A stretch of DNA of 32,000 bases, taken from assembly GCF_008065095.1 (NCBI RefSeq), contig NZ_CP042911.1, forward strand, positions 2,130,001 to 2,162,000, in the 5' to 3' direction. The position numbers were made by a program, and so were the translations under genes. This stretch comes from Gemmata obscuriglobus. GTDB lineage: Bacteria > Planctomycetota > Planctomycetia > Gemmatales > Gemmataceae. Shown here piece after piece: positions 25,389 through 32,000 of this stretch (position 1 is its first letter; each line of letters opens with the position of its first letter). The notes under the pieces are model-generated. The model was given only the letters and a program-made list of their open reading frames with translations, was not told the DNA's origin and searched no databases.

Positions 25389-25919
25389 TTAGTCCTTCGT
25401 GTCGTCGTCGCTGAGGAAGTCGAGTACGTCGGCTTCGTTCCACTCCTCGCCGTCCGGTTTGCCCTTTTGCTTCTCTTCGGGAGCCGGTTCGGAGTCGTTG
25501 ACACCCGGCAGCGCCAGGTCGATTTCTTCGACCGGTTCGCTCAGATCGCCGAAGAGGTGCGCCTCGCCGAGCCGTTCCCACAGCAGCCGCGCGAACGGTT
25601 TCACCTCAATGTGCTCCTCCACCGCCCACCGGTCGCGGTCCTGCGGCCGGATGAACTGTGCCGTCCGCAACTTGCGCAGCGTGGTGTGCGCGTCCGAGTC
25701 GCGTGCGAAGTCGGGGAACATTTCTCCCACCGTCGGGACGCCGGCGTGGTCCATGATGGCGCGCAGGGTGTCCCGCTCGTCGGGGCGTATGAATGGCGCC
25801 GCGGCTCGCATCTCACGCACCAGTCCCGTGAGTGCCGCCGCGAGTTCGTCCGCCGTGCAACTCACCGTTACCGGCCCGAGGTCGAGTTCCAGTTCGTGTT
25901 CCGCGTGGGTCAGGTGCAT
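25389..25919 (-). CDS. Hypothetical protein with acidic C-terminus (176 aa)
   Basis: ATG 25919 follows GGGAGAA. Composition is balanced, unlike the Arg/Ser/Ala-rich opposite-strand ORFs. The ORF track extends it to 26081, but the extra 54 aa look non-coding. Confidence 0.65.
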   Translation of the reverse strand: MHLTHAEHELELDLGPVTVSCTADELAAALTGLVREMRAAAPFIRPDERDTLRAIMDHAGVPTVGEMFPDFARDSDAHTTLRKLRTAQFIRPQDRDRWAVEEHIEVKPFARLLWERLGEAHLFGDLSEPVEEIDLALPGVNDSEPAPEEKQKGKPDGEEWNEADVLDFLSDDDTKD

Positions 25920-26200
25920 TCGATTCTCCCGTGGCCCGGCCGGTCCGCGCGGCAGAGAGCCGCAGAGCGGAGCAACCTTGTGAATGTGGCGACAGGGGCG
26001 AAACTGGGCGAAGGCGAAGCCCGAGCGATGTGGCGATGAGCGAACCGAAGTCAGTATAACCCCACACGCGCTTTCATGCAACTCTCATCTCGGGAAACGA
26101 AACCCGCTCGTTGGCGTGCCGAAAACGTGAACATATAATCACGTCGCGCCGCGTTCTGGACGGTCCGGGACCGCGGCGCGCACCCGAAACGAGGCTCCGG

Positions 26201-26626
26201 ATGAAGACGTTCGCACTGGTGATTGGGTTGGTCGCATGTTCGGCCCTGACCGCGCCGGCGGCCGACGAGAAACTGGACCTGGCCGGCACCTACACGCTGG
26301 TGGCGGGCAAGAAGAACGGCGCCGACGTGGACGAGACCGCCAAGAAGGCCCAGTACACCGTCACCGCCGACAAGTTCACCATCAAGGGCGGCGAGGTCAA
26401 ATTCGTGATGGGGTACAAACTCGACGCCAAGGCGAACCCGGCGCAGATCGACATGGAGATCCTCGAAGGCCCCGAAGGCACCAAGGGCACGAAGGCCGTG
26501 GGCATCGTCGAACTGAAGGGCGACACGCTCAAGGTCGCGTACTCGCTCGACAAGGAGAAGCGCCCGAAGGAGTTCGACGGTAAGGCCGGCTACTACTTCG
26601 AGCTGAAGAAGGAAAAGGCGAAGTAA
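26201..26626 (+). CDS. Secreted TIGR03067-family (planctomycete lipocalin-like) protein
   Basis: Signal peptide MKTFALVIGLVACSALTAPAA. The layout GTYTLVAGKKNG..V....K....TVTADKFTIK......Y.LD....P..IDM......K..GI.ELKGDTLKV.Y......RP.EF matches TIGR03067 (recall only). ATG at 26201. Confidence 0.75.
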   Translation: MKTFALVIGLVACSALTAPAADEKLDLAGTYTLVAGKKNGADVDETAKKAQYTVTADKFTIKGGEVKFVMGYKLDAKANPAQIDMEILEGPEGTKGTKAVGIVELKGDTLKVAYSLDKEKRPKEFDGKAGYYFELKKEKAK

Positions 26627-26717
26627 CGCCGCGTTCGTACACTCACTGCCATCTGCCGGCAGATAGTGCTGTCGGCAGTTCTGCTCACCGCGCCCTTTCC
26701 CTTCCGGGACTGTTGTG

Positions 26718-27602
26718 ATGCGTTCTCTACTGGTCGCTGTCGCGCTACTCGCGCTCGCCGTCTGTTCCACCCCCGCGGACGAGAAGCTGAAGGGCATCGC
26801 GTGCCGCTCGGTTCACCTCGGCTACCCGGCGCCGGAGGGCGTGGCGTTTTACAACGAGCTGACGGTGGAGAAGTCCGCCGAAGGCACGTACTTCATGGCC
26901 GCGGGATGGGGCAAAGGGTACTTCGGCATTCAGGAACTCGCGAACGGCAAGAAGCTTGTGCTGTTCTCCGTGTGGGACCCGACCACTGGCGACGACCCCA
27001 AGAAGGTGGACGAGTCGAAGCGGGTGAAGATGCTCCACAAGGACGCCGCCGTCCGCGTCGGGCGGTTCGGGGGCGAAGGTACCGGCGGGCAGTCGTTTTT
27101 CGATTACGACTGGAAGATCGGCGAGACCTATCGCTTCCTCGTGACCGCCAAGCCCGACGGCGACGCGCGCACCGCGTACAGCGGCTACTTCTTCGTTCCG
27201 GAAAAAACGGCCGGGGGCTCGGGTGGTTCCCCCGCGAAGGGGCAGTGGAAACACCTCGTGACGTTCTCGACCCTCACGAAAGGCGACTTGCTCAAGGGGT
27301 GCTACTCGTTCGTGGAAGACTTCCGCCGGAACAAGGTTTCCACGACGAAGGAGCGCCGCGCGAGTTTCGGGAACGGCTGGATCAAACCGGCGAAGGGCGA
27401 ATGGGTGCCGTTGGACAAGGCCCGCTTCACCGCGGACGCCAATCCGGTCACCAACATTGATGCCGGCGCCGCGGACGGGCGCTACTTCCTCACCACCGGC
27501 GGCGACATCGAGAACAAGACCACGAAGTTGCGGGATTCCATCACGCGGGACAAGGAAAAGTCGGGCGCCAAACCGCCCGCGGACCTGCCGAAGTTCGAAT
27601 GA
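26718..27602 (+). CDS. Secreted DUF3472-like protein
   Basis: Signal peptide MRSLLVAVALLALAVC. The motifs GYFGIQ, LFSVWD and RFGGEGTG resemble DUF3472. The CDS call is confident. The family call is moderate. Confidence 0.7.
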   Translation: MRSLLVAVALLALAVCSTPADEKLKGIACRSVHLGYPAPEGVAFYNELTVEKSAEGTYFMAAGWGKGYFGIQELANGKKLVLFSVWDPTTGDDPKKVDESKRVKMLHKDAAVRVGRFGGEGTGGQSFFDYDWKIGETYRFLVTAKPDGDARTAYSGYFFVPEKTAGGSGGSPAKGQWKHLVTFSTLTKGDLLKGCYSFVEDFRRNKVSTTKERRASFGNGWIKPAKGEWVPLDKARFTADANPVTNIDAGAADGRYFLTTGGDIENKTTKLRDSITRDKEKSGAKPPADLPKFE

Positions 27603-27627
27603 GACCTGCCCCGTGCGGATCAGCAGC

Positions 27628-27657
27628 GGTGAGCCGGAAGTGTTCCCCCGGCTCGCC
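27628..27657. terminator. Hairpin between convergent genes (candidate bidirectional terminator)
   Basis: GGTGAGCCGG (27628-27637) pairs with CCGGCTCGCC (27648-27657), including one G-T pair, across a 10 nt loop. Confidence 0.45.
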
Positions 27658-27680
27658 TCGTTGGTCCGGGCATGCGACTA

Positions 27681-28811
27681 CTATTGCGGGGCGGTGTGTT
27701 TGCGCAACTGCCCCCGGAGCCGGCGGATTTCGAACACGGCGGTGCAAAGCAGTACGGCCAGAACGGCGATCGCGGTGCCGAGCCAGACGGTTGGTGATCC
27801 GCTCTCGTCTCGTGCGGGTGGGGGCTTGGAAACCCCAGGTTTTACGAGCGACGGCTCCGGCACAGGAACGGGATTGGGGATGGGCTGAGCGGAGCCGGTT
27901 CGGAACCCGTCCGCGTCGACTCGGTACCGGACGTTGCAGTCGTGGTCGTCGCACCATTGCCCTTCGAGCCCGGGGATGCGGAACGCTTCTTGCGGTATGG
28001 GCTCGTTGACGCGGATCTCGGACAGTACCGTGACCCGGTGCTCCTTGAGTTCTCCGTTTTCGAACGACCGGTGTTCGACTCGCGCCGGGTAGAACTGGCC
28101 CGGCTTGGGTTCGGCAAACGCCGTCACCTCGTGCTCGTGATGGTGGTGGGACTGATCGTGGGGGTACTCGGTGTGCTTCCGAATCAGGTAGTTGTGGTTC
28201 GGGCTGAACCAGAACTCGTTGACACTACTGTCGTGCTTCAGCACCACGTGGATTTCCGCAGCCTCGCCTGGCTGCGTCGGGAGGCGTCTGATCGAAATGA
28301 TTTCGTGGGGCTGTCCCAGTAACGCGTGAAAAGGGAGCGACCCTCCGTCGCGAGACGTGTAATCGAACAGGGGGCCGATGGGGTCCGACATACATCGCCA
28401 ATGAGCGGAGACGGTTGGCTTTTGATAATCGCTCGGCTCGGCCGGCATTGACACGTTCAATAAGTACCCGAAGCGAGAGAGCTGGTCAAACATCGCCATG
28501 TCCGACATGAGGGTGCGCTGCCTCCAGGCGTCGGGCGTGCGCCAGAACTGCGTCGGGCCGGTGGCGAAACTGACATGACCCATGCCCACGGGCGGCATTC
28601 GATCGTCTTCGTACTTGTAGCGAAGGGCCTCCCATTTCAACGTGTAATACCGTTCCGTGTAGCTTACGGTGCGGATCGCGTCGCGGGCCGCGCGGTGGCG
28701 GTCGCGGACTTCGTCCAGGAGGGCACGCTCGTTCGGTTCGGATGCGGCCAGTGGGGAAACAGGGGTAAGAACACAGACCGAAATGAGGAGCCAGTTCCGG
28801 CACACGGGCAT
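27681..28811 (-). CDS. Hypothetical secreted protein with His-rich patch and C-terminal membrane anchor (376 aa)
   Basis: ATG 28811 gives MPVCRNWLLISVCVLTPVSPLAAS (signal-like). It has HDQSHHHHEHE and a Pro-rich linker, then WLGTAIAVLAVLLCTAVF followed by basic residues. The upstream part of the 919 aa track ORF is a GC-driven artefact. Confidence 0.65.
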   Translation of the reverse strand: MPVCRNWLLISVCVLTPVSPLAASEPNERALLDEVRDRHRAARDAIRTVSYTERYYTLKWEALRYKYEDDRMPPVGMGHVSFATGPTQFWRTPDAWRQRTLMSDMAMFDQLSRFGYLLNVSMPAEPSDYQKPTVSAHWRCMSDPIGPLFDYTSRDGGSLPFHALLGQPHEIISIRRLPTQPGEAAEIHVVLKHDSSVNEFWFSPNHNYLIRKHTEYPHDQSHHHHEHEVTAFAEPKPGQFYPARVEHRSFENGELKEHRVTVLSEIRVNEPIPQEAFRIPGLEGQWCDDHDCNVRYRVDADGFRTGSAQPIPNPVPVPEPSLVKPGVSKPPPARDESGSPTVWLGTAIAVLAVLLCTAVFEIRRLRGQLRKHTAPQ

Positions 28812-28829
28812 GGCGGGACTCGCGCGTGG

Positions 28830-28895
28830 GGCGGCGCCAACGGGGCGCCGGGGGCCGATGCACAACGCGGACCCCGGCGCCCCGTTGGCGCCGCC
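28830..28895. repeat. Perfect 24 bp inverted repeat in the gap between two co-directional genes
   Basis: GGCGGCGCCAACGGGGCGCCGGGG (28830-28853) and CCCCGGCGCCCCGTTGGCGCCGCC (28872-28895) are separated by an 18 nt spacer. Confidence 0.85.
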
Positions 28896-28933
28896 GTGAA
28901 AATGTTCGAGCGTTCGGGCATTCGGGCGTGGCG

Positions 28934-30784
28934 TTACTCTTCCAGGAACTTCTTGAACTCGATCTGGTAGCAGGTGGTGTTGCTGTTGCCGCAGAACAGG
29001 GACTTGCCGTCCGGGCCGAACGCGAGCGACTGGACCGGCCCGTCGAACCCGCGGGCCACGAGCAGCCGGCCGCTGAGCACGTCCCAGCACCGCACGATGC
29101 CGTCGTCCCCGCCGCTGAGCAGGTAGCTGCCGGTCGGGTCGAAGCACACGGCGCTGATGGTGCCCTGGTGCCCGCCGAACACGAACACCGTCGCCTGGGT
29201 CTCGGCGTCCCACACGTAGACGGCGTCTTCGAGCCCGGCGCCGGCGAGGTACTTGCCTTGCGGGTCGAACGCCAGCGCCGTCACCCCGACATCGATCGTG
29301 TACAGCTTTTCCTTCGTGGTCACGTCCCACACGCACACCGCGCCGTCGCGCTCGCCGGTGCGCATGTAGTCGGCGCCCCCGCACGCGACCCGCTTCCCGT
29401 CCGGGTGGAACGCGATCGTCTCCAGGGTGCAGGCGTCCGCGGCCTCCACGATGATCATGTCGGGCTGGCCGGTCTCGCACGCCCACAGCCACACCAGGCC
29501 GTCGGCCGGGCTGGTGTGAGCGAGCGTCTTCGAGTCGGGGCTGAAGGTCACGAACCCGACCGGCGGCTTGGTCGCTTCGAGCGAGTGCGCGAGGCTCCCG
29601 TCGGCCGCGTTCCAGAGCTGCGAGAAGTAGTCGGTGCCGCCGATCCCGAGCCACTTCCCGTCCGGCGAGGCGGCCACGGAGAACGCCGGACACAGGTTGG
29701 TGGGGGCCACCTCGTCGCCGCTCTCCACGTCCCACACGCGCACGTTCTGCGCGCCGGAACTGGCGAGCCGGAGCGGGGCGCCGGGGAGCACCGCGATCGA
29801 GTGCCGGCCGCGCGGGTTCGGGCCGGCGATCAGCTTCCCGGCGCGCACGTCCCACACGTGAACCACGCGGTCCGCGCCGGCGCTGGCGAGCTTCGTCCCG
29901 TCCGGGCTGAAGCACAGGCACCGGACCTCTTCGTTGTGGCCCCGCAGCACCGGGCCGCGGGCGGCGCCCTCGGCGTCCACCCACAGGTGGATGTCGAAGT
30001 CCGAGTCGGCGCAGGCGAGGTACCGGCCGTCCGGGCTGAACGCGGCCGTCACCACCTGGTCGGCGTGGCTGTTGAGCAGCATGAGCGGGTCCGGGTGCGG
30101 CGGCCGCCACACCCGCGCGGACGTGTCCCAGCCGGCGGAGACCAGCAGGGCCGAGTCCGGCGACCACACCAGCGCCGGGATGCGGTCCGTGTGGCTCTTG
30201 AGTTCGGCGACCGGGCGGCGCGTGGCCGCGTCCCACACCCGGACGGTGAGGTCCTCGCCGGCGGTCGCGACGAACTTCCCGTTCGGCGAGAACGCGAGCG
30301 CGGAAATCGCTTTGCGCGGGTGCGCCTGCACCTCGCCCACGAGTGCGAAGCTCGTGGCGTCCCAGAACCGGAGCTTCCCGTCGTCGTGGCCGCTGGCCAC
30401 GACCGCCCCGTCGGCGCTGAACGCCAGCGCGGTGAGCCACGCCGAACCGGCCGGCTGCTCGATCCGGCTCAGGAGCTGTCCGGTGCCGGTGTCCCAGATG
30501 AGCAGGTCGTCGTTACCGCTGGCGAGCCGCTTCCCCCCGGGGCCGAAGCACCACAGCGTCTCGAGGTCGCTCAGGAAGTGCCGGGCCAACAGCCGCCCGT
30601 CGGGGGCCCAGTGCCGCAGCACGCCCGACTCGTCGATCGAAAACAGACGCCCCTCGGCGTCGAAGGTGAGCCCCGCGATGTCGCCGTCGGTGTGGAACCT
30701 CGGCTCGCCGAACACCCGGGTTACAAGTGGCAACGGGTAGATGGGTGTTGCGTCTTCGCGTGGAGTGGTCACGGGTGTGGACAT
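28934..30784 (-). CDS. WD40 repeat protein (about 14 repeats, probably two beta-propellers)
   Basis: Recurrent units end in VWD, IWD, FWD or LWN, with SP/SADG..LASGG cores (LRFWD, VRVWD, ARVWR, IHLWV, VHVWD, VRVWD, SQLWN, VWLWA, VCVWD, VYVWD, VRCWD). ATG is at 30784 and TAA at 28934. Confidence 0.9.
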   Translation of the reverse strand: MSTPVTTPREDATPIYPLPLVTRVFGEPRFHTDGDIAGLTFDAEGRLFSIDESGVLRHWAPDGRLLARHFLSDLETLWCFGPGGKRLASGNDDLLIWDTGTGQLLSRIEQPAGSAWLTALAFSADGAVVASGHDDGKLRFWDATSFALVGEVQAHPRKAISALAFSPNGKFVATAGEDLTVRVWDAATRRPVAELKSHTDRIPALVWSPDSALLVSAGWDTSARVWRPPHPDPLMLLNSHADQVVTAAFSPDGRYLACADSDFDIHLWVDAEGAARGPVLRGHNEEVRCLCFSPDGTKLASAGADRVVHVWDVRAGKLIAGPNPRGRHSIAVLPGAPLRLASSGAQNVRVWDVESGDEVAPTNLCPAFSVAASPDGKWLGIGGTDYFSQLWNAADGSLAHSLEATKPPVGFVTFSPDSKTLAHTSPADGLVWLWACETGQPDMIIVEAADACTLETIAFHPDGKRVACGGADYMRTGERDGAVCVWDVTTKEKLYTIDVGVTALAFDPQGKYLAGAGLEDAVYVWDAETQATVFVFGGHQGTISAVCFDPTGSYLLSGGDDGIVRCWDVLSGRLLVARGFDGPVQSLAFGPDGKSLFCGNSNTTCYQIEFKKFLEE

Positions 30785-31216
30785 GAAAGCCCTTCGTCGT
30801 GCGGTCTCGGTGTTCGCGCGGTGGGCGCGCGGAACGGGCGTTTCAACTCTAGAACAGTGTTTCCGTTGAGGCGAGAAAAACAGGGGCGCCGGGCAGAAAA
30901 TTCGGCGTGCCGGGAACAGTTGACCAATTCGGAATTATTGTCGCATTTAAAATATTCTGCGCCAACAACAGAAATCCAGAGGATTTGGGCTGCGCGAGCC
31001 GCAAGCCACGTGAGTTTCGCCAAGTATGGCTTTGCTGGACCGGAAAGCAAATCGGCAGCGCGGAAAGCTCATTTACGGTGCGGGCCGGGTTTCATTCCGA
31101 CGACGGTTATTGCAAATGTGCCGCTTTTACGGCACTCACGCGGTTCCGGTACCAGCCGTATTACGGCAAACGGGTGTGATCTGGACGTTGCACCGCGGTC
31201 GCCCGTTTGAAACCGA

Positions 31217-32000
31217 TTACCACGTCCAGTCGACGCGGTACACGTGGTTCGCTTCCGGGTTCGGGATCTCCCAGTAAATCCAGCTCCCGTCGTCGGCCGC
31301 GAACGTGAGCAGCGGTCCGGTGTACGGGCGCGGCTCCTCGCGCGTTTTGGGGTCGTCTGCTCGAGTCGGTGCGTACCGGAACTGGTGGGTCTTGAACGGC
31401 CGGTCCTCGGGGAACAGGATCAACATGGAGGTCTTGACCGAGCCCTCGTAGCCGACCGCTCCGAACCACTGCTCGTCGGGCGCTTGGAGCGAGTTCCAGT
31501 AGGTGCTCGAATAGCGGAGCGTGAACTCGTGCCCCACCGGGATGTCGGACACGTCGAACACCAGTTGCCGCACTTTCATTGCCTGTTGCCCCACGAACCC
31601 GGGGCGCTCCGCACTGAACGCGCGGGCCTTGTCGGCGTTCGGCCGGCCGGCTCGGTTGACGACGTCCCGTCCGGTGGTGCGGGTCTCGACGCGCAACTCG
31701 TTCACGGGGGCGATCTTCTTCACCTCGCGCCGGGTGAAGTACACGATCGAGGATTCCGCGGTCGAGCCCGGAGGGACCGCGCGCCACCCGCGCATGTCCA
31801 CGATCCGCTCGTCCCGGCGCACCTCGAAGTGCGACGCGTCCGCGTCGGGCAGGTTCGGTAGTACGGTGACGGGGTGCGGCGAGGTCCGGTCCGGGAGCGG
31901 TTCCACGAGTCGGAGGGCATCGACCTGCTTGGCGACTTCGTCGCGCACGAGTGCGACGGCCGCGTCGTCCTTCTTGCGGAACAGCCACACCGGCGACGGT
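31217..32000 (-). CDS. Hypothetical protein, C-terminal part (frame remains open to the window edge)
   Basis: Protein-like composition, ending ...HVYRVDWTW. The track start at 31990 is a GTG. The frame has no stop up to base 32000, so the true start may lie outside the window. Confidence 0.6.
   Translation of the reverse strand, partial: PSPVWLFRKKDDAAVALVRDEVAKQVDALRLVEPLPDRTSPHPVTVLPNLPDADASHFEVRRDERIVDMRGWRAVPPGSTAESSIVYFTRREVKKIAPVNELRVETRTTGRDVVNRAGRPNADKARAFSAERPGFVGQQAMKVRQLVFDVSDIPVGHEFTLRYSSTYWNSLQAPDEQWFGAVGYEGSVKTSMLILFPEDRPFKTHQFRYAPTRADDPKTREEPRPYTGPLLTFAADDGSWIYWEIPNPEANHVYRVDWTW

Noticed and set aside
25326-26039. Plus-strand ORFs 25326-26039 and 25399-25983
   Set aside because: They are Arg/Ser/Ala-rich shadows of the better-composed minus-strand gene 25389-25919.
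26258-26793. Shared PA(A)DEKL peptide just after the signal peptides of the two adjacent secreted proteins
   Set aside because: Six residues of identity in Ala/Asp/Glu/Lys-rich mature N-termini is too short to separate a sorting motif from coincidence without genome-wide statistics.
26051-26797. 248 aa minus-strand ORF across the TIGR03067-like gene
   Set aside because: It is a shadow ORF. The plus strand has a clear signal peptide and family-typical layout.
27681-30440. 919 aa minus-strand ORF in the track
   Set aside because: Upstream of 28811 it runs out of frame through the WD40 gene on the same (minus) strand. That part translates to Arg/Gly/Pro/Ala-rich low-complexity sequence typical of spurious frames in ~70% GC DNA. 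Only the last 376 codons (27681-28811), starting with a signal-like peptide, look real.
28826-31210. 794 aa plus-strand ORF
   Set aside because: It is an antisense shadow of the WD40 gene, with Arg/Ala/Gly/Pro-dominated composition and no recognisable domains. The minus-strand WD40 repeats are unmistakable.
31161-31988. 275 aa minus-strand and 205 aa plus-strand ORFs (31244-31861) overlapping the 31217-32000 gene
   Set aside because: They are Arg/Pro/Gly-rich alternate-frame products. The 31217 frame has balanced composition.

Overview
The window has two parts. Bases 1 to about 23760 are the right-hand part of an integrated siphovirus-type prophage. The left end of the prophage lies outside the window. 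Hand-counted GC is about 57% (7201-7260), with AT-richer islands (42% in 8641-8700, 35% in 20001-20060). The + strand carries a late operon in this order: terminase large subunit (5' partial), portal fused to a Mu F-like domain, prohead protease, an inserted three-gene fibre cassette, and an HK97-like major capsid protein followed by a strong terminator. Next comes a 1.2 kb hairpin-dense island with no convincing ORF. After that come the head-tail joining genes, tail tube, chaperone pair, a short tape measure, four small distal-tail proteins rich in Ser tracts and Cys, and two GT9-like glycosyltransferases, one fused to a methyltransferase-like domain. The - strand carries an AT-rich membrane-anchored coiled-coil LRR protein, two small genes each followed by one of two similar terminators, and a large serine recombinase at the prophage edge. 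At about 23760 GC jumps to about 75% (24241-24300). At that point the sequence enters the 3' (metallo-beta-lactamase) part of a comEC/rec2-like gene with no N-terminus, so the prophage appears to split this gene. The remaining 8 kb is host DNA. It holds an 840 bp gene-poor stretch with palindromic elements, a small acidic protein, a TIGR03067-like secreted protein, a DUF3472-like secreted protein, a membrane-anchored His-rich protein, a roughly 14-repeat WD40 protein and a partial ORF. Several intergenic regions contain long perfect GC-rich inverted repeats. The gene content suggests a Gemmata-like planctomycete host, which is inference only. All family calls come from remembered motifs and gene order. 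No database search was possible. The leads I rank highest are the distal-tail Ser/Cys-rich proteins coupled to the glycosyltransferase pair, the structured non-coding island inside the structural operon, and the split comEC.
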